A stretch of 63,554 nt of DNA, filler included, from Octopus bimaculoides (GCF_001194135.2; 6 parts of 6 records of this genome joined end to end with filler, not necessarily neighbours in it), one strand, 5' to 3'; numbered from the whole stretch's first letter, positions 23,546 to 36,203 are shown. Notes: a model not told the origin generated them from the sequence alone. Translations and numbers: made by a program.

Positions 23546-25916
23546 GCTGTACGTTGATGTAGTTGAGCATTTCTGTTACCTAGGTGATGTAATTTGCTCC
23601 AAGTTAGAAACGACTGAGTATATCTATCACCAAAAAGTATTCTAGCTGTGAGCACCCTGTTTTAAAGGCACCTAGAACTACACTATCGAATTTGTCAAAG
23701 ATACTCCTTTAAATCATAGACATGAGCATGATTTGTGAGATTTAGCTGCTATTTCTTGTGGGATGAAAAATTGAAATTTTACAATTTTTATTCAGAATCA
23801 TAATCTTTATTTTCAACGTATTTTGCCCCAAAAGAAAAAAAAAGAAATTCTGGAAAAAGTGAAAAATGAAGAAATTGTGGAATGGGGGAAATTGAATTTT
23901 CGAAGTTGTGATTTTTGAAATTGTTNNNNNNNNNNNNNNNNNNNNNNNNNNNNNNNNNNNNNNNNNNNNNNNNNNNNNNNNNNNNNNNNNNNNNNNNNNN
24001 NNNNNNNNNNNNNNNNNNNNNNNNNNNNNNNNNNNNNNNNNNNNNNNNNNNNNNNNNNNNNNNNNNNNNNNNNNNNNNNNNNNNNNNNNNNNNNNNNNNN
24101 NNNNNNNNNNNNNNNNNNNNNNNNNNNNNNNNNNNNNNNNNNNNNNNNNNNNNNNNNNNNNNNNNNNNNNNNNNNNNNNNNNNNNNNNNNNNNNNNNNNN
24201 NNNNNNNNNNNNNNNNNNNNNNNNNNNNNNNNNNNNNNNNNNNNNNNNNNNNNNNNNNNNNNNNNNNNNNNNNNNNNNNNNNNNNNNNNNNNNNNNNNNN
24301 NNNNNNNNNNNNNNNNNNNNNNNNNNNNNNNNNNNNNNNNNNNNNNNNNNNNNNNNNNNNNNNNNNNNNNNNNNNNNNNNNNNNNNNNNNNNNNNNNNNN
24401 NNNNNNNNNNNNNNNNNNNNNNNNNNNNNNNNNNNNNNNNNNNNNNNNNNNNNNNNNNNNNNNNNNNNNNNNNNNNNNNNNNNNNNNNNNNNNNNNNNNN
24501 NNNNNNNNNNNNNNNNNNNNNNNNNNNNNNNNNNNNNNNNNNNNNNNNNNNNNNNNNNNNNNNNNNNNNNNNNNNNNNNNNNNNNNNNNNNNNNNNNNNN
24601 NNNNNNNNNNNNNNNNNNNNNNNNNNNNNNNNNNNNNNNNNNNNNNNNNNNNNNNNNNNNNNNNNNNNNNNNNNNNNNNNNNNNNNNNNNNNNNNNNNNN
24701 NNNNNNNNNNNNNNNNNNNNNNNNNNNNNNNNNNNNNNNNNNNNNNNNNNNNNNNNNNNNNNNNNNNNNNNNNNNNNNNNNNNTGATGTTGATACTGATT
24801 GTAATTAATACATTCATATGCTCTACAGTGTTTCAGTGTTAATGAAGAAAAATACAAGCTGTAAAATATATTATTGACTATTAATTAATTAATTACCAAA
24901 CGTCTGTATTATTCCTTCTAATTCAGAATATTTCGGTCCTTTGATGGATATACAAATATTCTGTTTTATTTTATTTTTGCAATTATATTTTATTACTATT
25001 TCCTGTGTTTTTAGCGAAATTCTTTCATTCTTCTCCATTGTGAGGTTCGTTAAAAAAAAAAAAAATTAAAGAGGAAGAAGAAAACAAAAAGCAAATTTGA
25101 TGATGAAATAGAATTTAGGAAATGATATTCACAGAGCTTTGTTTAAATAGTTTTCTTTGATGCTTGAATGATTTTCTATGTTTAGAACATAAGAGAAGCT
25201 GTTGCTAGGGGACAGTTGTATCTGATGATGGTTTCATAAATATCAGCAGCTGTCTTTGAGGTATAATTTAAATGATATTACGAAATAAAAATTCTATTGA
25301 AGTTTTGCAAAGATGGAGAGTTGATATCAAGTAATCTATTAGAATATATAACTTTTCTGCAAGAAATTTAATAAAAATCAATAACAATAACAGTTAGATA
25401 TTATATAAATTTCCAAACATATGAATTATTTAATAATTACCACTCAGTGACAGTACTAGGATGCTTGAAACCCAAGGCTACTCCTACAAAATGCACCCTT
25501 TTTCTGGTTATGACTCACGAATATAACCAAGTGTAATAGCATTATAAAATATATATTGTCAACAGACGAGATCCAGAAATTCTTGGTATAGAAGACACAT
25601 ACTAGTGTTCAATGATTCAAACTTAGACTCTGATGTCTTTACAGAGGACCAATTCCATGGGGTAAACAACGGCTGTAAGAGGGATCAAGTGGAGCAGATA
25701 TGAAGGCAATTATGTAGACCCAAGCTGTTATATTTAATATATCTAATTTGTTTATCCGCATAATTGCCTCTATAATATATATCGTGTACAATATTGTGTC
25801 AATGCTTCCGTTGGAGATGATTCAATTTTCTGATACTGCTAAATCACTGTTCAAACAACTACGACAATTCTTTATTGACAGACATAGATAATCATGGCTA
25901 ACATTAACAAAATATT

Positions 25917-25948
<32 letters not shown>

Positions 25949-26048
25949 NNNNNNNNNNNNNNNNNNNNNNNNNNNNNNNNNNNNNNNNNNNNTTAATTAA
26001 TTAANNNNNNNNNNNNNNNNNNNNNNNNNNNNNNNNNNNNNNNNNNNN
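25949..26048. other. Artificial scaffold-join cassette N44-TTAATTAATTAA-N44
   Basis: Exactly 100 bp; the 12-mer has stops in all six frames; five identical occurrences in the window. Confidence 0.9.
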
Positions 26049-26060
26049 GTATATATATAT

Positions 26061-27655
26061 ATCATCATCATCATCATCATCATCGTTTAACGTTTGCTTT
26101 CCATGCTAGCATGGGTTGGACGATTTGACTGAGGACTGGCAAGCCAGAAGGCTGCACCAAGCTCCAATCTGATCTGGCAAAATTTCAACAGCTGGATGCC
26201 CTTGCTAACGGCAACCACTCTGAGAGTGTAGTGGGTGCTTTTATGTGCCACCTGCACTGGAGCCAGTCCAGCAGCACTGACAATGAACATGCTCGGACTG
26301 TGCTGTTAGTGCTCCAGTGGCGCAGGGGCCAGTCATCGAGTATGGTTCAATTACGATTTCGATTTCACTTGCCCTAACAGGTCTTCGCAAGCAGAGTTTA
26401 GTGTCCAATGAAGGAGAGCTTGGCATGGGTGCCAGTTGTCAGATTCGGTTCGATTTCGATTTCAGATTTCAAATTTCAAATTCCAAATTCACTTGCCTCA
26501 ACAGGTTTTTCCAAGCAGAGTTTAGTGTCCAATGAAGTAAAGATACGAATAAGTGAGCTGGCTACACTTCTGGCAGAGGCCACAGATTATGCTCTCACTT
26601 GGCTTGCTGAGTCTTTTCACGTACTGCATATTTCCAAAGGTCTCGGTCACTAGTCATTGCCTCGGTGAGGCCTAAAGTTTGAAGATCGTGCTCCACCGCC
26701 TCATCCCAGGTCTTCCTGAGTCTATCATTTCCACAGGTTCCCTCAACTGCTAGGGTGTGGCACTTTTTCACACAGCAATCTTCATCCATTCTTTCCACAT
26801 GCCCATACCAGCGCAATCGTCTCTCTTGCACACCACAACTGATGCTTCTTCAGTGTAACTTTTCTCTCAAGGTACTTACACTCTGTCGAGTATGCACACT
26901 GATATTACACATCCATCGGAACATACTGGCTTCGTTTCTTGCGAGCTTACACATGTCCTCAGCTGTCACAGCCCATGTTTCACTGCCATGTAGCATGGCT
27001 GTCCGTACACGTGTCATACAGTCTGCCTTTTACTCTGAGTGAGAGGCCCTTTGTCACCAGCAGAAGTAAGAGCTCTCTGAATTTCGCCCAGGCTATTCTT
27101 ATTCTAGCAGCTACGCTTTCAGCGCACCCTCCCAGCAACAAACTTGGTCACCCAGGTAGCGGAAGCTATCAACTACTTCTAGTTTTTCTCCCTGGAGTAT
27201 GGCAGAAGTTGTTTCTTGCACATTTTCAATGTTTATTGCCCCTGAGCATCTGCCACATACAAAAGCTATCTTGCTAGTTAGCCTTCCTTTGATATTGCTG
27301 CACCTCTTATGTGTCCATAGCTTACACTGGGTACATCTTATGGAGTTTCTATCCACGCCTTTTCTACAGATCGAGCAGAGCCTTCTACCTGAAGGGGTTT
27401 GTGTTTTGTCTACCTTCCTACTTATTAGGACTTTGGTTTTAGCTAGGTTGACTCTAAGGCCCTTCGATTCTAGTCCTTGCTTCCACACCTGAAACTTCTC
27501 CTCTAGTTCTGATAGTGACTCAGCAATTAGGGCAAGGTCATCAGCATAGAGGAGCTCCCAGGGGCATCCTGTCTTGAATTCCTGTGTTATTGCCTGGAGG
27601 ACTATGATAAATAGGAAGGGGCTGAGGACTGAACCTTGGTGGACCCCTACCTCTA
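26061..27655 (-). mobile_element. RTE LINE copy 1 (RT C-terminus, PHD finger, 3'UTR, (GAT)n tail)
   Basis: GVHQGSVLSPFLF...LLYADDL...CSICRKGV..CTQCKLWTHKRC..FVCGRC...ERRLRWYGHV. 5' side runs into a gap. Confidence 0.95.
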
Positions 27656-28396
27656 NNNNNNNNNNNNNNNNNNNNNNNNNNNNNNNNNNNNNNNNNNNNN
27701 NNNNNNNNNNNNNNNNNNNNNNNNNNNNNNNNNNNNNNNNNNNNNNNNNNNNNNNNNNNNNNNNNNNNNNNNNNNNNNNNNNNNNNNNNNNNNNNNNNNN
27801 NNNNNNNNNNNNNNNNNNNNNNNNNNNNNNNNNNNNNNNNNNNNNNNNNNNNNNNNNNNNNNNNNNNNNNNNNNNNNNNNNNNNNNNNNNNNNNNNNNNN
27901 NNNNNNNNNNNNNNNNNNNNNNNNNNNNNNNNNNNNNNNNNNNNNNNNNNNNNNNNNNNNNNNNNNNNNNNNNNNNNNNNNNNNNNNNNNNNNNNNNNNN
28001 NNNNNNNNNNNNNNNNNNNCACAAATATATACATATATATATACATATACACACACACATATAAATTAGAGGATATGCTAACCTTGTGAAGAGATGGTTG
28101 CATCCAAGGAAATACTGGTTCAATGCCTACTATTGTTGGGGAATTAAATTCCCTTAAAACAATAGGTATATATTAAGCATATAGTTTATATCTAGTTAAA
28201 AGAAGAAAAGAAAATGGAGATAAGGAAGTTAACATTTATTATTAACAAATACAAATCATAAACCATAATGTTTAGTCTGCTGAAATGAATTGATAGGTTC
28301 ACATATAACATATGAAGGTACATCTTTTTTTTCTCTAATGAAATTATGCACATGTCACATAAATGCAAATTTAATGTACAAATTTGTAATTAAATT

Positions 28397-29895
28397 CATC
28401 ATCATCATCGTTTAACATCCATTTTCCATGCTGGCATGGGTTGGATGGTTTGACTGGGGACTGGCAAACCAAGAGGCTGCACCAGGCTCCAATTTGATCA
28501 GGAATTGTTTCTACAGCTGCATGCCCTTCCTAACACCAACCACTCTGAAAGTGTAGTGGGTGCTTTTTATGGGTCACTGGCATAGGAGCCAGTCAGGTGG
28601 TACTGGCATCGACCAAGTTCAGATGGTGCTTTTTACATGTCACCGGTATGGGTAGCCAGTTGGGGGTTGGGGGTGGCTGGCATCGATCAAGTTCAGATGG
28701 TGCTTTTTACATGCCACTGGTACGAGGAGCCAGTCATGTGGCACTAGCAATGACCCATACATGAATGGTACTTATTGCATGCCACCAGCATGAGAGCCAA
28801 TCAGGCGGCACGGGCATCAGCCACAACTGCAATTTCCATTTTTTAATGTGATTTGATTTTTGATTTTACTTGACTCAATAAGTCTCCTCAAGCATGGTGT
28901 GTCACCCGACGATTCAAAGGTACTTTTTAAATGGGCTGGTTATGTTACACTGGTGTAAGCGATGACTGTGATCTCACTTTACTGGCTGGGTCTTCTCAAT
29001 CACAGCATATCTCCAGAAATCTCGGTCTCTTGTCATTGCCTCTGTGAGGCCCAACATTTGAAAGTCGTGCTTCACCACGTCATCCCATGTCTTCCTGGGT
29101 TCTCCCTCTTCCTGGGTTCTCCCTCTTCCTGGGTTCTCCCTCTTCCTGGGTTCTCCCTCTTCCTGGGTTCTCCCTCTTCCTGGGTTCTCCCTCTTCCTTG
29201 GGTTCCTTCCACTTTTAGGGAGTGACACATCTTCACACAGCTCTCCTCATCCATACGCAGCACATGACCATACCAGTGCAGTCATCTCTCTTGCACACCA
29301 CATTTGATGTTTATGTTCAACATTTCTCTCAGGGCGCTTACATTCTGTTGTGTGTGCACACTGACATTACACATCCTGCAGATCATACTAGCTTCATTTC
29401 TTTCAAGCCTATGCATGTCTTCAGTAGTCATGGCCCATGTTTCACTGCTGTGTAGCATGGCAGTTCACACACATGCATCATACAGTCTCCCTTTCATTCT
29501 GAGCGAGAGGCCCTTTGTCACCAGTAGAGGTAGAAGCTTTCTGAACTTTGCCCAACCTATTCTTATTCTAGTGGCAATGCTCTCAGTGCATCCACCCCCA
29601 CTACAGTCTTGGTCATCTAGGTAGCAGAAGCTATCATCTACTTCTAGTTTCTCCCTGTGGCATGTGATGGAATCAGTTTTCTGAGCATCTGCGGTGTTAA
29701 TTGCCCATGTGCATCTGCCACACACAAAAGCTATCATCCTGGTTAACCTTCCTTTGATGTTGCTGCACCGCTTATGCATCCATAGCTTACACTGGGTACA
29801 TCTTATGGAGTTTCTACCTATACCTTTTCTACAGATCAAGCAGGGCCATCTACCTGTAGGGGTTTGTGATTTGTTTGCTCTCTTTGAGTATTAGT
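28397..29895 (-). mobile_element. RTE LINE copy 2, 5'-truncated
   Basis: Same family: ICRKGIGRNSIRCTQCKLWMHKRC...RIRIGWAKFRKLLPLL...RKTWDDVVKHD, with 3'UTR repeats and (CAT)n on the plus strand. Confidence 0.93.
29091..29192. repeat. 17-bp minisatellite, 6 exact copies
   Basis: Unit cttcctgggttctccct repeated six times inside RTE copy 2. Confidence 0.95.
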
Positions 29896-30039
29896 TTAAA
29901 TGGCTGTTGTAAGAAGTGAAGTTGACTAATTTATTGATAATAAATAATTATTAACTTCCTATCTCCATCTTCTTTTATCTGGATATAAAATATATGTATG
30001 TATATTTGATATATATGCTTATATACATTTATATATGTA

Positions 30040-30074
<35 letters not shown>

Positions 30075-30470
30075 NNNNNNNNNNNNNNNNNNNNNNNNNN
30101 NNNNNNNNNNNNNNNNNNNNNNNNNNNNNNNNNNNNNNNNNNNNNNNNNNNNNNNNNNNNNNNNNNNNNNNNNNNNNNNNNNNNNNNNNNNNNNNNNNNN
30201 NNNNNNNNNNNNNNNNNNNNNNNNNNNNNNNNNNNNNNNNNNNNNNNNNNNNNNNNNNNNNNNNNNNNNNNNNNNNNNNNNNNNNNNNNNNNNNNNNNNN
30301 NNNNNNNNNNNNNNNNNNNNNNNNNNNNNNNNNNNNNNNNNNNNNNNNNNNNNNNNNNNNNNNNNNNNNNNNNNNNNNNNNNNNNNNNNNNNNNNNNNNN
30401 NNNNNNNNNNNNNNNNNNNNNNNNNNNNNNNNNNNNNNNNNNNNNNNNNNNNNNNNNNNNNNNNNNNNNN

Positions 30471-33400
30471 CTCTCAACGTTGGCACATTGAAAGGTAGGT
30501 CTGGTTCCGCTAAGTTCCTCACAAGCAAAGAACACAGGTACAAGGTTTTCTGGGCAGGGAACACTAACAGGGTCGGGGGAATACTTCTTTCAGAGAAATA
30601 GGTTGATAAAGTAATCGAAGTAGTCAGAGTATGTGACAGAGTACTTAAGATTAGACTCGTGCTTCACCATAGGTTAGCTACCGTCATCTTGGCCTATGCC
30701 CCTCAACGGGGGCTACCCGATGGGCAGAAAGACCAATTCTATGACACCTTGTTGCAAACTACCTCATTGACGAATGACAAGGACCTTCTCTTTGTGTCTG
30801 GTAATTTCAATGGACATGCAGGGGGCTTCCATGGCGTACATGGAGGCTATGGCTTCAGTTCCCTCAATGAGGAGGGAACCAGATTGCTGGAGTTCTGTGA
30901 TGCAAATGACCTTATGGCTTGCAATACCAACTTTAGGAAACTGTCCTGTCACCTAGTTACCTACCGTTCTGGCAGACGCACTAGCCAAATCGACTACATC
31001 CTCGCCAGAAATAGGGAAGGAAGACTGCTTATAAATGTCAAAACCTTCCCAGGCGAAGAATGTACCTCTCAACACAGATTGGTAGTTAGCGACTTCGGAA
31101 TCAAGGCTAAATGGATGCCCAGAAGTAGACCAGCTTGGAAGAGAAGGGTCTGGAAGCTTTAAGATCCTGCATATGGACAGAGATTTAGAAATGTTTTACT
31201 CAAAGCATTTGACGAAATAGAAGGGGATATAGCATCACACAATGTGGAAGACAATTAGAGGTTTCTACGGGACAACTTGTTGAGAACCACCGACCAGATC
31301 TGTGGTTGGTTCAAAGTCCCCTCTTGACCCAAAATAACGTTTTGGTGGAACAATGTTGTTGACAGGGCTATTAGACAAAAGAAACAGGCTTGGAAGGACT
31401 GGAAGAACAGAGGTAGCAGGGAATTGTATCAGATTGCCAGAAGGGAAGCTAGGAGACAGGTTTACTTAGAATATCAGGTGATACACAAAGGAGTCATATT
31501 CAATGACTGGTGTAGCAGCACCATTGTCAACTGCAACAAAGTTAAAGGTGACGCTTTAGACACAAATAATTACAGAGGTATCAAGTTGCTGGACCAGGTA
31601 ATGAAGGTCACTGAGAGGGTCATAGCCCAACTAAATAGGGAGAGAGTCAGTTTAGATGAGATGCAGTTTGGGTTCGTTCCAGGGAAATGTACCACTGATG
31701 CTATATTTCTGGTAAGACAGCTGCAGGAGAAATACCTAGCCAAAGATAAACCTCTGTACCTGACTTTCATTAACATGAAGAAAGCCTTTGACAGGGTCCC
31801 CCGATCCCTTATCTGGTGGTCAATGTGGAAACTAGGGATAGCTGAGTGGTTAGTGAGAACTGTGCAAGCCATGTACAGGGACGCTGTCATTAAGGCGAGG
31901 GTTGGCAACGAGAACAATTAAGAATTCCGGGTAGAGGTAGGAGTCCACCAAGGTTCCGTCCTCAGCTCCCTCCTATTTATCATAGTCCTCCAGGCAATAA
32001 CACAGGAATTCAAGACGGGTTGCCCCTGGGAGCTCCTCTATGCTGATGACCTTGCCCTAATTGCTGAGTCACTATCAGAACCAGAGAAGTTTCAGGTGTG
32101 GAAGCAAGGACTAGAATCGAAGGGCCTTAGAGACAACCTAGCTAAAACCAAAGTCCTAATAAGTAGGAAGGTAGACAAAATACAAACCCCTTCAGGTAGA
32201 TGGCCCTGCTCGATCTGTGGAAAAGGCGTAGGTAGAAACTCCATAAGATGTACCCAGTGTAAGCTATGGACACATAAGGGGTGCAGAAATATAAAAAGAA
32301 GGCTAACTAGCAAGATAGTTTTTGTATGTGGCAGATGCTTAGAAGCAATAAACACTGAAAATGTGCAGGAAAGAACCTTTGCTACACTCCAGGCAGAAAA
32401 ACTAGAAGTAGTTGATAGCTTCTGCTACCTAGGTGACCAGGTCTGTAGCGGGGGAGGGTGTGCTGAAAGCGTAGCTGCTAAAATAAGAATAGCCTGGACA
32501 AATTTCAGAGAGCTCTTACCTCTGCTGGTGACAAAGGGCCTCTCACTCAGAGTAAAAGGCAGACTGTATGATGCATGTGTACGAACAGCCATGCTACATG
32601 GCAGCGAAACATGGGCCATGACTGCTGAGGACATACATAAGCTCGTAAGAAACGAAGCCAGTATGCCCCGATGGATGTGTAATGTAAGTGTGCATACTCG
32701 ACAGAGTGTAAGTACCTTGAGAGAAAAGTTAGACTTAAGAAGCATCAGTTGTGGTGTGCAAGAGAGACGATTGCGCTGGTATGGGCATGTGGAAAGAATG
32801 GATGAGGATAGCTGTGTGAAAAACTAGACCCAGGAAGACCTGGGATGAGGTGGTGAAGCACAACCTTTGAACATTAGGCCTCACCAAGGCAATGACTAGT
32901 GACCAGGACCTTTGGAAATATGCAGTACGCGAGAAAACCCGGCAAGCCAAGTGAGAGCATAATCTGTGACCTCTGCCAGAAGTGTAGCCAGCTCACTTAT
33001 TTGTATCTTTACTTCATTGGACACTAAACTCTGCTTGCAAAGACCTGTTGAGGCAAGTAAATTTGAAATCGAAATCAAACCAACGTTGACGGCTGGCACC
33101 CATGCCAAGCTCTCCTTCATTGGACACTAAATTCTGCTTGCGAAGACGTGTTGGGGCAAGTGAAATCGAAATCATAATTGAACCATATTCGATGACCGGC
33201 ACCTGTACTAACAGCACCATCTGAGTGTGATCATTGCCAGAGCAGCTGTCTGGCTTCCGTGCTAGTGGCACGTAAATAGCACCATTTGAGTGTGATCGTT
33301 ACCAGCGTTGCCTTACTGGCACGTTAGAAAATTATTCGAACGAGGTCGTTGCTAGTGCCGCTGGACTGGCTCCTGTGCAGGTGGCACGTAAAAAAATGCC

Positions 33401-33636
33401 ATTTTGAGCATGGCCGTTGCCATTACTGTGTGACTGGTCCTTGTGCCAGTGGCATGTAAAAGCACCCACTACACTCTTGGAGTGGTTGGTGTTAGGAAGG
33501 GCATCGAGGTGTAGAAACTCTGCCAGATCAGATTGGCGCCTGGTGCAGCTATCCGGTTCACCAGTCCTCAGTCAAATCGTCCAACCCATGCTTGCATGGA
33601 AAGCGGACGTTAAACGACGACGATGATGATGATGAT
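30471..33636 (+). mobile_element. RTE LINE copy 3, longest (APE endonuclease, RT, PHD, 3'UTR)
   Basis: EN motifs NVGTL, AYAPQ, GNFNGH, SQIDYIL, SQHRLVV. RT motifs NYRGIKLL, QFGFVPG, KAFDRVP, GVHQGSVLS, YADDL. Ends (GAC)n(GAT)n. Confidence 0.95.
30473..32960 (+). pseudogene. Disrupted RTE ORF (endonuclease-reverse transcriptase)
   Basis: ORF pieces 30659-31162, 31424-31921 and 32096-32827 separated by stops and frameshifts. Apparent linker deletion near 31465 and a short deletion near 32823 relative to copy 1. Confidence 0.9.
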
Positions 33637-34128
33637 ATATATATATATATATACCAAATATGCATGGATCAGCTGAAAACATGTTGAGGTAAAGTTTGTT
33701 ATAGCCAGATGTCCTACCTGTTGCCAAGAAAGGTAAGAATCTCCCAGTCTATCAAACAGCAAATTGTCCTGTCATGTTTAAATGGAAACCTGAAAACAAG
33801 TTACACCCTATGGTCAAGGTGATATGTGCAAAAATTGCATAAAATGTCAAGACATGCTTTTGTAGTGGACTACTAGTAAATGACACCATTAGACAAGCAT
33901 GTGTCTACGAGGGAAATATGAACTTGCTTACATACACATATTTTATTCATGCTATTTTTGTTATAAGAATTTAGGAGCTTTAAGAGATATGAAATAAATT
34001 ATTTTTACTGCTATAACTATCTAAAGTAGATATAGAGTAGCATGCAGAATATTGGGTGAATTTTCCCTCCAAGGAGTTTTATTAACCCAGTATTCTATCT
34101 GCTATTATGTATCGCTTTAACTACTTCA

Positions 34129-34205
34129 ATAACAACAAACAGGATGAGGACAGCTATCTGTCCATTGTAAATAATGTACATAATTCCTCATCTCAAAAAT
34201 ATAGA
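34129..34205 (+). mobile_element. Family H 3'-end fragment
   Basis: aacaacaaacaggatgaggacagctatctgtccattgtaaataatgtacataattcctcatctcaaaaatataga matches 9800-9842 and 23479-23545. Confidence 0.7.
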
Positions 34206-34459
34206 AAAAAAGTATAGAATAGTTTTGTCTACTTTGGGTTCCACTTGTAGCATTTCTGTACTCATTTCAAGATTTTTTGCAGTGGTTATTGCTGTTGGTT
34301 CTTTACACTTCCTGTCATCTAGTGGAAGGATGTGATTGGCTATCATGTAAAAATAATTTGTCATTAAAATAAAATAAAAGCAGGTCTTGAGAATAAATTT
34401 GGGAACTGCATAGAACCAGTTGTTTTTGAGTGTGTATGTTTTACATATATATATATTTA

Positions 34460-36203
34460 TTATATTCTTTTATTCTTTTACTTGTTTCAGTCATTTGACT
34501 GCAGCCATGCTGGAGCACTGCCTTTAGTCAAACAAATCGACCCCAGGACTTATTCTTTGTAAGTCTAGTACTTATTTTATGGGTCTCATTTGTTGAACCA
34601 CTAAGTTATGGGGACGTAAACACACCAACATTGGTTGTCAAGCAATGGTGGGGGGAACAAACACAGATACACACACACACACACATATATGACAGGCTTC
34701 TTTCAGTTTCCATCTACCAGATCCACTCACAAGGCTTTGGTTGGCCTGAGGCTATAGTAGAAAACACTTGCCTAAGGTGGTACTGAACCTGGAACCATGT
34801 TGTTGGGAAGCAAGCTTCTTACCACACAGCCACTCCTGCACCTATATATATATATTCTTTTATTTGTTTCAGTCATTTGACTGTGGCCATGCTAGAGCAC
34901 CACCTTTAGTTGAGCAAACCAAACCCAGGACTTATTCTTTGTAAGCCTAGTACTTATTCTATCAGTCTCTTTTTCCTGAACCGCTATATTTCGGGGACGT
35001 AAACACACCAACATTGGTTGTCAAGCGATGTTGGAAGGACAGACACAGAAACACACACACACTCACACACACACACACACATGTACGATGGGCTTCTTTC
35101 AGTTTCCGTCTACCAAATCCGCTCACAAGGCTTTGGTCAGCCCAAGGTTATAGTTGAAGACACTTGCCCAAGGTGCCACACATGTGGTTGGTAAGCAAGC
35201 TTACTCCTGCGCCTATACTCTTTTACTCTTTTACTTGTTTCAGTCATTTGACTGTGGCCATGCTGGAGCACCGCCTTTAGTCGAGCAAATCGACCCCAGG
35301 ACTTATTCTTTGTAAGCCTAGTACTTATTCTATCGGTCTCTTTTTGCCGAACCGCTAGGTTACGGGGACCTAAACACATCAGCATCGGTTGTCAAGTGAT
35401 GTTGGGGGGACAAACACAGACACACACACACGCACATACACACACATATATATATATATATATATACATATATATGACGGGCTTCTTTCAGTTTCTGTCC
35501 ACCAAATCCACTCACAAGGCTTTGGTCGGCCTGAGGCTATAGTAGAAGACACTTGCCTAAGGTGCCACGCAGTCGGACTGAACCTGTAACCATGTGGTTC
35601 GTAAGCAAGCTACTTACCACACAACCACTCCTACGCCTATATATATATATTCTTTTATTCTTTTACTTGTTTCATTCATTTTGACTGCGGCCATGCTGGA
35701 GCACCGCCGTTAGTTGAACAAATCAACCCCAGCACTTATTCTTTGTAAGCCTTGTACTTATTCTATTAGTCTTTTTTGCCAAACCGCTAAGTTACGGGAA
35801 CATAAACACACCAACATCGGTTGTCAAGCGATGGGCGGGGGACCTCCCCCTTTTACCTGCTCCCATTTATTGCACTTGGTTTAACACTAGTGTAGCAATA
35901 ATTGGGTACCCTCCCAGCAGTATATTGGATAGATACTATCCCTTAGTGGGTTGAACCCTCAACCCCTAACTCTCTCGCAGTATATGTATATATATATATA
36001 TATATGATGGGCTTCTTTCAGTTTCCGTCTACCAAATCCACTCACAAGGCTTTGGTTGGCCTGAGGCTATAGTAGAAGACACNNNNNNNNNNCAAGGCTT
36101 TGGTTGGCCTGAGGCTATAGTAGAAGACACTTGCCCAAGGTGCCATGCAGTGGGACTGAACCTGGAACCATGTAGTTGAGAAGCAATCTTCTTACTACAC
36201 AGC
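34460..36203 (-). mobile_element. Head-to-tail array of SINE family A (3 near-complete copies and 1 split copy)
   Basis: Copies at about 34460-34845, 34855-35215 and 35218-35640, then a 3' half at 35648-35843 and a 5' half at 36003-36203. All on the minus strand. Confidence 0.9.

Noticed and set aside
25993-26004. TTAATTAATTAA as a conserved regulatory or piggyBac-type motif
   Set aside because: Always centred in exactly 44+44 N; it is a synthetic spacer.
29091-29192. CRISPR-like array
   Set aside because: Contiguous identical units with no spacers, in a eukaryotic LINE; it is a minisatellite.
36045-36130. 38-bp direct repeat in a SINE
   Set aside because: Identical copies flank a 10-N gap: assembly artefact.
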